From positions 142,662,001-142,726,000 of the forward strand of contig NC_088794.1 in NCBI RefSeq assembly GCF_011386835.1: a DNA stretch of 64,000 nucleotides, read 5' to 3'. A model generated the notes under the pieces. The model ran no database searches and was not told the DNA's origin. It worked only from the letters and a program-made list of their open reading frames with translations. Position 1 is the stretch's first letter. The number at the start of each line of letters is the position of its first letter. Both the position numbers and the translations under genes were made by a program. This stretch comes from Chrysemys picta bellii. Taxonomy: Eukaryota. This document shows, piece by piece, positions 1 through 13,173 of this stretch.

Positions 1-1128
1 AAGCTAGAAAGGACTAGGATAGGCAGGGTGAGAATCTGAGGTGGCCATGTTTGTTAGAGCACATAAAAAATTAAGTCAGCATCAAGTCAAAGTGCAGAAA
101 TTTACTTACTGACTACGTACTATGCAAATTCCTATACTCTGACTACCAATGACACTTAGATTTGAGTACTGTACATTTGCAGAAGAGTTATACAATGAAT
201 GACTGCATATCATCCCTATGCAGGGATAATTCCATTTTACTTATAGATATGGGTCAATTTCTTAGAAATGGGAGGAGACAAGAATAGAAGAGGCTCATTG
301 TAAACTGTAGCAAATAAAGCTTAAGACCAACTGTGCAGCTTCTGTTACGCCAAAGCATTTGCAAACTGCATTTCACTTATATAATTTTTTGTTAATTAAA
401 AAAATCATATTAATGGTATTAGATGCTAGAGACATTAAAAAGTAACTGCTTTCTTTCTGAGACACAGTACTCCCGAGAATTTAAAGATGTTTCCACAAAG
501 TGGTTCAGTTTTAAATGGAGTTATTGTTCCCATTTTATAATTGTTTTTATTGAATTTTCACTGTGAAAAATATATTAGGGAAGTTACAGCATAATATAAT
601 CCAATGATCAGAAAATTATGTTAACTGAACTAGAATTGTAAATATGCTAATCATAGCAACTTTTAAACTACTAAGCATCCAGCAGAAAGTTACAATAAGA
701 ACACTTTTGCCTGTAATTCAGGGAATTAAAATTTCACACAATGATATCTTAATGAAAAATATTTTAACACAGATTTCCCACTATCTCTGTGGTATCAGGG
801 ATGAACCAAATAAAATTAGATATCTCAAAACAAGACAATATCTGCTTCTAGTGGTGGGATCTGGCACCAGATGTGGGGAAATGAGAAGACAGAATACAAT
901 CAGACTTTCAAGTCTTGAACTGATAGAGGATAAGAACAAATAAGAGTTCTGAAGGTTCAGATGAGGGAAAGGGGGGAGGGGAGGAAGAGAACTCACAGGG
1001 CACAGTCTACAGAATGCATTTTTGGAAAAAATCCCTCCCCTGTCAAAGAGCTGTAGTAGGGTCTGCACAAAAGGGTTGAAAGATTTCAAAGGGTAGGACG
1101 GAAATGATGGGAGAATGAAAGTACTTAC

Positions 1129-1186
1129 AGCATCATCATTTCTATAGGGGTTCAGTCTGTTATAAACAGCTTCAATCACACTCCGT
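1129..1186 (-). CDS. PPM1A: PPM1A coding exon 4 (gene exon 5), 58 nt, (K)RSVIEAVYNRLNPYRNDDA
   Basis: Acceptor ttttggtttag at 1187+, donor GTAAGT at 1128-1123; phase matches the previous exon; peptide matches the PPM1A C-terminal region. The final exon was not found in 1-1128. Confidence 0.95.
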
Positions 1187-3625
1187 CTAAACCAAAACAG
1201 AAAACAAAATATTAAGGATTTTCTAAAATTAAGTCAGACATTTCCTAAATGCAATCATGACGTACTAAAATGCAAAACCTTAAAAATGGTAAAAACATTC
1301 AAAATGTATAGAACTTCAGTTTTTTGCAAATAAAGCTGCCATGTATAATTTATGCAGTGCTCTCTTTTGGATTCAGGAAGAGATAGTTTAAAAAGGTTAA
1401 CACTCCTAAGGATTTTGCCAACAAAATGGAAAATTACATAGTCTAATTGAAAAGTCTCATATGCAAATGTCTGCTCCTGATATACTGACAGGGGCATGCC
1501 CACCTTTTGTCTCTGAAGTAATAAAACAAGGAGGTTACAGAGTGATGAGCAGTGTAAACCATATGCATTTGTGTGCTTGCAGGATATGGTGGCAGTAAAC
1601 ACCACACCATTGATGTACAAAGATAATATTTTTCACAAGAGCACGGTATGTGTGTTTTCTGAATACAATTTTTAGTGTGCCCCTTAATGAAAGCTCTGCA
1701 TTCTTGGTTTGGTTTAAGTTAGTTTCCATTATAAATCTTGTTAGGTTATTTATTTATTTATTTTTAATAGAGCAGTAGCAGCTTCCTATTACATGCCCGA
1801 TTTTCAACTCCCTTTTACAATTATCCTCCAAAAGAAACCAATCTCAATTTAAAACAGAAATTTTGTATAGTATATCTCACCCTGCAACAGAGATATATTC
1901 CTGGGGAATTTGGTAGAAATCAGCACGAGTTTATATTGTGTTGAAAATTTACCTTTTATTAATGTCTGAACTTTTAATTTTTATAATCTCTCACAAAACA
2001 GCTTGGCTTTGGTACTCCTCCCCTCCCCTTTTTTGTGCCTTGCTGATTGCACTTTGGGGGTGGATGAGGAGTAGAGGATTAATTACAAAGATATATAATA
2101 AAACATAAAAATAGCTTGTGATCCCTGCTTACCCAACTGTAAGGGAAGAGATTAACAAGGGGTTCGTTAGAGCAATAAGACTAAAAAACAGTGGAATGCC
2201 AAGGGAAAGAGGAAGTATTTGCCTTCCTCAGCAAGCATGATATAACTGAGAAAATGAAGGTCTAGTACAATTAAGAGATTTTAAAGACTTTTGATAGGGT
2301 TTTTTTTGGGGAGGGGGGTGAATGGGGGATGTGGGGACAAAGCTGAAGAATGCCTCGGTTCTTACTCTATACAATAGGGTCAGGTGGAGAAGTGCTCTGC
2401 ACATATGTTCATGCCTTAAAGTGGCAGAATGTCATCCTCTCCCTTGTCTTTCTGTTAGTCATGATTGCAGACTGGGCTACACTCATAATGAGCTGTTTTA
2501 ATTTTTTTTCCCCAATACTTATAAATATAAACTGACCTATTACTGACTCCAGGCATATGTTCAGGGATAGTGTAGGAAATACAGGAAAATGTAAAGGGGT
2601 CAGTATCCTGGAGGGGCCATGTTGGTAGCATGCTAGCAAGGGTGCGGGCTGGGCTGGTGTATCTAGTTTTGGAATGAGGGACTTTGGGTGAGGAATAAGC
2701 AGGGAGATTCCATGATAGGTAGAGAACAGCAAAAGAGACAAGGGAATGAGGAAGATCCTAATCAGCACAACCACTTCCAAAGAATCACCTAGTAACTTCT
2801 GGGCAGCATAAACAAGGTAGGGATTGATTATTTGGCCATGAGTAACAATCTGGATCTATCACCTGCCCATTTCCAGACATCCTAATGTCTAGAGTTCCAA
2901 AAGGTGTACAATTTTTGAAGAGAAAGTAATACTGTTTGAGGGTATTGCTGGACTGCACTGAAAAAATTTCAGCCTTAGTTTTTTAAACCAAACTTTTTGC
3001 TTCCAATTTTAATAATTAATTTCAGCATGATAAAAACATCCCAATAATAATGCTGTCTCTGTAAAAGATTCTCAGAGAGAAAGCAGCTAGCTATGCAATC
3101 ATGTCAGAAACCTGAAATTTAATCAGTAAAATATTCTAAATTACTCACATTCTAAAAAAGCGTTTTATAATTAAAATAATTAAGAAAATTATTTCCTTTA
3201 ACACAACATGACAGTACAACAAACCAAACACCACGAAGGACTTTTTCAGAACCCCCATCATTTTGACATCTAGTAAATTTTTATAAAAAAAGAGTTTTAG
3301 AAGTAGTTTCAGGTACTACCACTGTCTTTGATTTCCCTTGAAAAATGTGTGGGTTTACCATAACATTTTTTTTTTAAAGTCTTTTCCTTCCCCTATCCCC
3401 TTACTGTTCCAGATAAACAAGGAAAACAGCAAAGCTGACTATCAAAAAGTGATATTCCATGCACAAACTGAAAAACAGACTCCTCTCTAATCTTTCAGAC
3501 ATAATTATCTCAGGTGTTACAAGTAGACAATTGTCAGATAAATGATTTTCAAATTGACAGCATCTCTTTGAGTTATATTAAGGCCCAGTTCAGTAACTTA
3601 ATTAAGCACACATTTAAAAGTTAAA

Positions 3626-4529
3626 GGTTTCAGAGGGGTAGCTGTGTTAGTCTGTATCAGCAAAAACAACGAGAAGTCCTCCTGGCACCTTAGAGACTAA
3701 CAAATTTATTTGGGCACAAGCTTTTGTGGACATAACCCACTTCATCAGATGCATGGAGTGAAAAATACAGTAGGCAGGTAAAAATATACAGCACATGAAA
3801 AGATGGGAGTTGCTTTACCAAGTGGGGGATCAGTGCTAACGAGGCCAATTAAATCAGGGTGGATGTGGCCCATTCCCAACAGTTGACAAGAAAGAGTGAG
3901 TATCAACAGAGGGAAAATTACTTTTATAGTGACCCAGCCATGCCCAGTCTTTATTCAGGCTTAATTTGGTGTTAAGTCTGCAAATTAATTCCAGCTCTGC
4001 AGTTTCTCATTGAAGTCTGGCCACTTTTTTGTTGAAGAATGGTCACTTTTAAGTTTGTTATTGACTGTCCAGGGAGACTGAAGTGTTCTCCTACTGGTTT
4101 TTGAATGTTACAATTCTTGATGTCTGATTTGTGTCCATTTATTCTTTTGCGTAGAGACTGTCCGGTTTGGCCAACGTACATGGCAGAGGGGCACTGTTGG
4201 CACATGATGGCATATATCACATTGGTAGATATGCAGGTGAATGAGCCCCTGATGGTATGGCTGATGTGGTTAGGTCCTATGATGGGTGTTCCTTGAACAG
4301 ATACGCGGATAGAGTTAGCAACAAGGTTTGTTGTAGGGATTGGTTCCTGGGTCAGACATCAAGAATTGCTGGTAAGGCAACTCCCATCTTTTCATGTGCT
4401 GTATATTTATACCTGCCTACTGTATTTTTCACTCCATGCGTCTGCTGAAGTGGGTTATAGCCCACAAAAGTTTATGCCTAAATACATTTCTTAGTCTCTA
4501 AGGTGCCACAAGGACTCCTCATTGTTTTT
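3626..4529 (-). mobile_element. Penelope-like retroelement fragment with GIY-YIG endonuclease and inverted terminal repeats
   Basis: 3972-4220 encodes IYAIMCQQCPSAMYVGQTGQSLRKRINGHKSDI (GIY-YIG). ~3660-3820 recurs inverted at ~4370-4528. Confidence 0.85.
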
Positions 4530-6214
4530 ATTCTTTAAGTGCTGTCCCTGAACAGGGAATGGTTTCTTGAATCTGGGCCTAAGCTGCTATTGCATTTGTT
4601 CACTAACTAGCTAAAAGCCTGCATCTCAGAGTAAACAAATCAGCATATTCTCAGTTACACAGGTATTGCAGATATTTCTTTAAAACAAAACCAATGAGCC
4701 ATAACAATTGATTTGCAAAATTATCACACACAAACACGCACAAGAGAATCCTGAAGTTAGAAACACCAACATAGGATGGGAGTAAAATAAGTCAATTTTT
4801 AGTCTTAACACTTAAAATTAGTTGCAGTCTAGGTTATTTAAATCAACCAGGTAGTGCAATTGGGTAACATAATCTGTTTATAGGACACAGTACAATAACA
4901 AACAGAACAGATCTAACATCTCAGAATGATGTAGCTCTGCTGCAACACAGGTAATAGTCTCCCATGAAAAGGTGTCTGTTTTCACCACTTTCACTAGCAC
5001 CATAAAAATACTCTTAAGTCAGGTGCAGCAGGAGAGATTTGCTCACAAGCCCAATAGAAGAAAAAAAAAACAGAGCTAGAAAGAGGAGTCAAAAGAATGA
5101 TACACATTCCAATTTAATGTTGCAATATTTAGATTTGCCAAATGTGTTAACAATAACTCAGACTCAATGATGCTTCAAAGAAAATTAAATATATTCTAAA
5201 AATAGATACCGTTCTGACATCTCATACTGGCGGCTCAGTTTTCTTTTTTTTTTAAACACTGAAACATTAGCATGAAAACAAGGTTTTTGTTTCTTTAGAA
5301 GTTCATTTGCTCTGGAGTCTAGCTGTTTATTGCTCACTGGAAGTCATAACTCTGACATCACAAACAGATAATTTATCACAAAGACAGCTAAAAGAAAGCT
5401 ATCATGCTTAAGCAAACACCACACTATGAAAATGATAAAATTTGAAATAGATAGTTTATAATGTATTCATATAAATACATTTTAAAATAGAAAAATATTG
5501 GTTCGTGAGCAATCTATACTAAAATTGCTTGATTTACTGGACAGAGGAGCTTGAGATTTGAATTCTTTGATGGTTTAATGCTAATGCATAAAACTAGTAA
5601 CTTTGTTTCAGACTATTTCTTTAAGACAACAATCAAAATGAATCTGTATAAAGTTTTAAATTCAATCCCCTGCTTAGCCAGGGTGAGGCAGTAATTTCCT
5701 TTAAAGGGATAATTAGCTAAACAGCTTATTTATAATTCTAAAAAAAGAGGGATACATTTAACAAAAAAGCAAAAGCAAAGAAAGCTGCCAAGCGAAGCAT
5801 TAAATGCACAGAGTAATCGCTATTTGTTAACTATGTACATAAACTACTTTTCAAAATGAGCCATTATATGCATTACATTTCCCTTACATCTTAAAAAGTA
5901 AAAGCAGTAAACATTTTAAAGCTACAATTAACAGAGGAGGCCACCCTTAAAAGCAGTCCATTCTTTCTACAACTATAGTTTGACATTCACATATTTTTAA
6001 TTTTAGAAACTATCATCCACAGTCAACCACGGTCTTGTGCATGGATTTTTTTCCAAACTTAAAACAGATCAAAATGTGAAAGATTAGTTGAGAATGGACG
6101 ATGCCCTTTTGGTCCCCATAAACCTTATTTCAATTTATTTATTTTTAAGAGTGGCCTTACAAAAAGTCTCTGTTAATTTAGACCAAAAGCACATTTACAC
6201 TAACGTAGACTCAC

Positions 6215-6323
6215 TTGCTTGCCAATTCACCCCCTGGCGGGAGGTTTGGGATGCTCTCAGTTGCTAACGTACGCATCACGTGGACTAAGTCTGGCACTCC
6301 TTCACCCTGCTTCTTTATGATCT
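6215..6323 (-). CDS. PPM1A: PPM1A coding exon 3 (gene exon 4), 109 nt, [37 protein letters not shown]
   Basis: Acceptor ctgattcccag, donor GTGAGT at 6214-6209; translation matches the PPM1A C-terminal domain; phases fit both neighbouring exons. Confidence 0.96.
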
Positions 6324-9300
6324 CTGGGAATCAGAAGTACTTTTTTGGTAAGTGCAGTCCAAATTTAACTTGAAAAGATTGAAACACTCAGTTTTATCAA
6401 AAAGCAGTTTAACATTTTAAAAGACAGCATTTACCATGTTGGACACGGTCTGTAATCTTTGGTGCCATAACAAAAAAGCTAGTGTACCTGTAAAAAGCTA
6501 TTGGATATTTGACAAAAAAAGACCAACTACGATCTGTTCTTCACATAGTTCTATACTTCCAAAACTGTAATCTTTTTGATTAGTATATTACATAACAAAG
6601 GGTAACTTAACAGCTAAACAAACTAGGTAGTTCTAAATAGGCTTCACTACAACATAATTATTGTATTTTGCCAATGAAACATCTGCGAAAAAGCCATCTT
6701 TTAATGTCAATTTTTTTATATGAATGAATGTTAAAAGGTTATTGCCATGGTAGAAAATACAATATTTTGAAGAAACAAGAAGTTAGGTGTTTTGTTTATA
6801 ATATGCTTTATATAGTTATACCAGATTGCAAATTAACATAAAAATATAAAAAGTCATTATGCATAAACTGACAAGAGCCAAGAATGTCAGAGTTAAGATA
6901 CAACTCTGTCCTTAACTCACCAAAGGGATATTTCAACAGCAGGTGATTTTACATACAACAAACCCAATCCACCTCTTCGTCATGTAAGCAAAAGAATCTC
7001 TACAGTAGCCACAGCAAAGTGTGCTAAGAATAAAGCTGCAGCTAGCTAAATTTCTTAAGCCTCATCTTCTGAGGTGTTGAACACTCACATATGCAGCTGA
7101 ATTTACGTTAGTTATCACATTTCAGGAGGTGGGGGGAGGGAAGGAAATCAGACTTCTTCCACTTTGGGGAAATCCGTTAAAATTTTTTTTACAAGGTAAA
7201 TGAGAATTGTCTACTATCCCATGACATTTAAATGTATATAAATTTCTCAATACACTAGAAATTCCTTCAAGGACATTATTTAAGAAGGATATTTTATTAA
7301 ATAATCAGCTTGGAGTTGTTGATCTCCAAGTGGATGTCATGGCATGTGTACAATAATGCGCATGCACAGTTAAATAGTCTTTATGTAGTAAAATCTTTCC
7401 AAAATTTATTTGAAAAAAGTAATTTGAACACATGGAGAACCCACTTCCAATTTAAATATTTTGACAATTTATCTTTTTATCCCAAATACTGAAAAAAATA
7501 ATCAAGATGTACGAAATACCATTTTAAACTCATATTGGTGAGTTAATGGCAGACTAAAGTGTCTAAAACCAGTATACTTTCCTTTTAAATAAAAAAAAAT
7601 AGTACAAATTCATGAACTGATTTGTGTGCACAGAACGGGTTTTCTGGGCTGCAACCTTCTATGCAAAAAGTTTTAGCCCAATTTGCAGCCAGATTCTATG
7701 CAAGTAATCGACACTGGAAACACTGGCATGCCCTTACTTGCAGTAGAATAACCAAATGTCAAAATTTGCAGTACAAAGTATTAGCTGTTTAGTTCTACAT
7801 TTTAAGTAGGAAAGAAATCCAACATGTGACATTACACATTAGGCAAACATCTCAAAACTCAAATGTGCCACTTTCTCAAGAACTATGGCCAAACTTCATA
7901 TTTTACCATCTAGCATTTAGGAAAAAGAATTCTAACACTTTTAAATCTGAATAAAAAGCAAAGATCTCAGATTTGGTTCGCCAAGTTCCTTTATTGTGTA
8001 ATCTTCAACATCTAGTATATTCTACATCATTCTAAAGCTAAAGTTCTGCTGTACAAAAATAAAGGGATTTATAGTTTGCCTAAACTACACAGTTTCACAA
8101 CCTAAAGCTGCAGTACATTTAACATACAGTCACCACTAAATGAATACATTTATAATTGGAGAGAACTATAGATACAGTCTGAAATAACACTGATGACAAC
8201 AAATGGAACCAATCCATTGCTTTTTTTTTTTAAATAATTATTAAATTATCTTTTGTTTCAATGCATCTTGCATCCCTTTCTCTTTAACCTACTTTAAACC
8301 TTCTAAATGTTTTCACCATTTAAGACAGTGGAAAAAAAATGTACTTACACTAAAAATAAAGAATTCGAAATGTGTCTACTTATTTCCTGTTTTGAATGGA
8401 AAGTTCATATAAAATTCTTAAAAATCGAACATTTCAGGTTTTGCTGAAAAATGGCCAGTTAATTTAAAATTATCCATTTCAATTAATTCCGTGGATTACA
8501 TGTATCTAATAACCAGATTTGTTACTGTGTTAAGTATGTATATGCTACAAAATTTGTTTTAAAGAATGGGGCAAAGAGCTTAAGGAATATTAATTTAAAA
8601 AAAAAAAAAAGTCAAACCAGCTCAGTAACTGGAGTAATAGTGCAACTAGAGGAATACATCTGGGAATGATTGATTAATCTTTTCCAGCCAGCAAGTCTTC
8701 AAAACCTTTTAGAAGCAACACTGATTTATTAGAAAGGGATGGCACGAAGATGTTTTGCCACTTATACTTCACCTCCTGTTAGACATTTTCAGCTCTAAAT
8801 GTGAGCCACAGAAGTGTCCAACATTAATGCAAGAACGTAGGTTAAAGGAGTGAAGGATAGTCTGGTGTAAGAGGGAAGAGTAGAAACCTGTATCAGCCAG
8901 GTTTTTTTATTCCCTTTTGTTGTTCAAGATGGCCATCAATACATGACCTTCTTTACAGCATTAAGTACAACAAACTTTAATACGAAGATATTAAAATAAG
9001 ATTTTACCACACATTATGGGATGAAAAATGCTTTTATGTAACTGATCAACAAGAAAATGTATATTAAAATATAATCTAACCTCATTACTTGGACTATGTT
9101 TGCTGGTCAAACTGCCTATTTTGTTATATAACTGCTATGTATTGCAGTGCTCATTCACAAAATTTCCATTTTATTGGATTTTAAATTTCTAAATTAGACA
9201 TTACAGACTGGTAAAAACCACTTTCAGAATTTCTTTACATTTACCAATTTCTTCAATTGAAATTGTAGCTTTTAAAATTTTAAACACTGCATTATTACTA

Positions 9301-9868
9301 AGGCATTTCAAGATAACAGTAGTAAGATTATTCAGCACAGTGTTGAAAGTTTCAGCAATGGCCATATTAGTCCCACCTCAGTAGACAATACTGTATATTA
9401 AGTTTCCAGCATGAAACAATCTTATTTTAATTGCATAAATATGGTTAAGTTTAATGTAATAAAGTGACACTGTGGCTTGAGTTTCCCTTTCTCACATATA
9501 GTCCCAAAAATTTCACTCATGGTAGTGAGAGGGCTGTAAGTTCAGAAACTATGCAATGTTATAAACTGCTATAAGGTTGCATTTTTTGCTTATAATAAAA
9601 AGTGTAAATACTATTTCTGTGTGCATTATCAAAGGGAAAAGATGTTTAAGTCCAAGAAAAATAACTTTAAAACAAAGTGTGGACTCTAAAGGGGTAGCAG
9701 CAATATATTTTTCTAAATGTGTCCACTGAATTAGGATTAAAGTGCTTTATATCATGTAAATTTCCCCCACTCACACAGACAAATATGAAGTTTCACTTGT
9801 CCCTGAAATGTGTTATTTCTAAAAATGCAAGAAACTCAGCAACCAAACAAATGCATTGTTCCCTACAC

Positions 9869-10195
9869 CAGTGGTTCTCAAAGCTGGTCTGCCGCCTGTT
9901 CGGGAAAGCCCCTGGTGGGCCGGGCTGTTTACCTGCTGCATCCGCAGGTTTGGCCAATCGCGGCTCCCACTGGCTGCGGTTCACCACTCCAGGCCAATGG
10001 GGGCTGTGGGAAGCGGCAGCCAGCACATCCCTCGGCCTGCGCCGCTTCCCGCAGCCCCCCTTGGCCTGGAGCAGCGAATCACGGCCAGTGGGAGCCACGA
10101 TCGGACAATCCTGCGGACGCAGCAGGTAAACAAATTGGCCCAGCCCGCCAGGGGCTTTCCCTGAACAAGTGGCGGACCGGCTTTGAGAACCACTG
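9869..10195. mobile_element. Non-autonomous hAT (Buster/Charlie-type) foldback MITE, 327 bp
   Basis: TIR CAGTGGTTCTCAAAGC...GCTTTGAGAACCACTG; perfect 8-bp TSD CCCTACAC (9861-9868 / 10196-10203). Confidence 0.9.
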
Positions 10196-11350
10196 CCCTA
10201 CACCATAACCTTATGCAGTTCTAATACTTAGGATCTTCATTCAGCAATATCTGGACGTGATGTTCCCATTCCATCTACTGTAATACACATATGCCAATGG
10301 GGTCAGTTAACGGAGATGCAACTTTAACTCTACGACCACGGTATATTCAAGTTAAGTCAAATCTCCAATCTCCAAGATTTTTAACAACAGTTAAAAGGGA
10401 AAAAGTTCATGAGGCATTTATATAATTCATCAGTCACTGATATGAAAACCCTAAGAGCTGTGCATATCATGCCAATGCATGTTATTAGGGACTCTTACCC
10501 TGGATATTAGTAACATGATATATCATAATAACTGAATAATTAAAATCTAGATCCTCAATATGTTTCCATTTGAAAAATATTAATTTCATCTATGTACTAA
10601 ACTGCATGTGTACAGTAAGTGTTTTAGATATTTAGGAAATCTGAGGACATCGGGGTAGCTGCTTCTTAAACCCCAATCTCTGCTTCAGTTTTTAATACCC
10701 AAAGGCACTACAGTCCAGATTACAAAAATATTAAAATTATGTTTTAAGTCAACACATTTTTAGCTACATGGCACAAAGTGCCTGAAACAGTTCCACTTCT
10801 CTTTCCCTTTTAAAATTAAAAAAAAAAAAAAAAAAAAACCACAAATGTAAATATAATTTGCTTTTTAAAAAGTTACTGGCAGGATGGTACATTATATGCC
10901 CAGCTTCAGTTCAGTATGAAGGTTTAAGGTTTAGCTATAACAGAAATGTTGATAGGCTTTTACTCTTAAATATAATCACATTAGCAAGTGCTATTATGTT
11001 AACAGTAATATTGCTGTGACCCTTAAATCATCATACAATATACTTATTAGGGCCATGTAACTGAACATAGCTTTACAGAAAAATGGCCCTCAAATTACCA
11101 TCTTCAAAAATATGCTGCCAGATTTCATTCAAATGCACATGCCAGGAATCAGAATTTACAGGTCTGAAGTTAGTGATGCCAATGGACTCATCAAGAACTT
11201 TGAATACAAGTAGATTACTTTCCTCTGCCATCCTAAATAGAATCTCCTGGGCCATAAGCTTCTGCAGTTTCTGTTTTAGTAGCATTTTGTCATGACATAC
11301 AGCATACATCCAACAGAATACGGGAGTGCCTTTTTCAGAGATTATATGTA

Positions 11351-11664
11351 GGCTACATCTACACCTGGAGCTAGAGGTGTGATTCCCAACTCATGTAGAC
11401 ACACTCGTGTTCGCTCAAAAAATAGTAATGTTGCCACAGTGGCAAGGGCAGCGGTGAGCAGCAGCAAAGGCTATCCATCCTGCCTATGTCTCTCAGGGTC
11501 CAGGAGCGTTTGTACTCTGCATACCTAGCCTGTGCCACTGTCCAATGCAGCCCATGCTACCACAGCTATACTACTATTTTTAGAGCACTAACTCAATGAG
11601 AGCTAGTACGAGTACGTCTATGCAAGCTAAGAATCACACCTCCTAGCTCCAAGTGCAGAGAGCC
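11351..11664. mobile_element. PIF/Harbinger-type MITE
   Basis: Termini GGCTACATCTACAC...AGTGCAGAGAGCC flanked by TA; subterminal inverted arms (tagaggtgtgattc / gaatcacacctcctag). Confidence 0.6.
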
Positions 11665-11779
11665 TAAATGTCCAATGGCACTTCAAGGTTTAATAAAAAA
11701 AACCTACATGTGTTAAGAGTTTAGTTGTTTGGGGGATTGCTTAGAAACAAAGCTACTTATTTTTTTTTAAATGATCCAC

Positions 11780-11897
11780 CTTCTACTCTGCTTTCCAGGT
11801 ACTTGTCCAACTCTGCCTCTCTCTTCACCGCCTCTGGCAATACCTTTGGTGCATTTGGAAAACAGATCAAAATCACACTCATGTTGTCTCGACTTCC
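11780..11897 (-). CDS. PPM1A: PPM1A coding exon 2 (gene exon 3), 118 nt, [39 protein letters not shown]
   Basis: Acceptor ttttctctaacag, donor GTGGAT at 11779-11774; contains the PP2C GSRDN motif. Confidence 0.96.
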
Positions 11898-12731
11898 CTG
11901 TTAGAGAAAAAAACAAAACAGTTGAGACAATATCCTGTATCCAATGAATAATACACACTCTGATTTTATTCCATGTCCATATCAAAGCAGTTGATAATTA
12001 TTTAAAATAATTAAAATAAAAATTAAATTAAATTTAAAATAAATTTAAAATATTTAAAATAGTTTGCTAATCATGTGAAATTAGAACACTTTCTTCCATC
12101 ATACCATTAAATAAAAAATTGTAGCATTTGCAAACAACACTGTTCAAGAAGTCTGCATGTTGAGTACCATTCAGTACAAACAAGTTTTTAAATATACTTT
12201 GTTAACTTTTTCCTTCATGATTGATGTTTACAATGAGCCTATAGTTGATGACTCCCGTCTTGCTGAAATTATTTGCAAAACTAACAACATGGGAGATTTA
12301 TTATTGAGATTTATAAAACCTGTTTCCATCCTGCTTAAATGTTAATATTGTTTGGAGGGAAAGGTTACATTAGTTGTAGGTATATTAAATGCTTAAATAG
12401 GAACATTTAAGATATCTGAAGCCAGTTATAAAGAAAAATCAAAAAAACCCAACTTAGACAACTAAAAATATTGCTAGTGTCAAATGTGCATTTCCATAAA
12501 TGACAGTTCCCTACAGTAGGCCTAAGGGCCAATCATTAAGAGGAAGTAGTGTAAGTGACATTTCTCATGTGCGAATGAAAAATGTGTTTATTTCTCACTA
12601 TGTAATCTTTTAGAATACAAGTGAGCAAAATAAGCACAACTTTAATAAAATACTTGAAGGCAGTACTGTACAACCACGCCTTGCAGAAAAAACGTACTAA
12701 ATATTGATTCAAATGATTTTCCAACTGTTAA

Positions 12732-12856
12732 GGGCCCTATTCTGCAAACACTTACATAGATGCTGAACTTTAATCACAAGTAGTCCTACTGAAGCCAATG
12801 AGGCTACTCATGTGAATAATGGTATGCACGGATGCAAGTATTTGCAAGATTGGTGC
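12732..12856. mobile_element. Short palindromic MITE (Chompy-like, probably Harbinger-derived)
   Basis: Imperfect hairpin (ctgcaaacacttac / gcaagtatttgcaag) around a central actgaagccaatg; similar copies at 38132 and 62419. Confidence 0.5.
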
Positions 12857-13029
12857 TTAAACCATGAAGCTATTGAAAAGCAGTATTGCCCTGTGGTATT
12901 TACATTTTGCAGACTAGCGCAGCCAAAATTATAAATGAAAAATTGGCAGTGAATGAAGTTCAACTTTTTAAAATGATAGAAATCTATTTATGCAATGTTG
13001 TTGTAGCTACGTTTGTCCCAGGATATTGG

Positions 13030-13173
13030 AGAGACAAGGTGGGTGAGGTAATATCTTTTATTGGACCAACTTCTGTTGGTGAGAGATACCGCAGTTCTGT
13101 GGAGCTCTTCTTTCGGTATCTCTCACCAACAAAAATTGGTCCAATAAAAGATATACCTCACCCACTTGTCTCT
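13030..13173. repeat. 144-bp near-perfect palindrome, probably Penelope-terminus derived
   Basis: agagacaaggtgggtgaggtaatatcttttattggaccaacttctgttggtgagagata followed, after a short loop, by its reverse complement. Confidence 0.75.

Noticed and set aside
781-1128. Long open frame continuing from exon 5 into intron 5 (132-aa ORF)
   Set aside because: A strong GTAAGT donor at 1128 explains the boundary; the extension is low-complexity and resembles no known protein.
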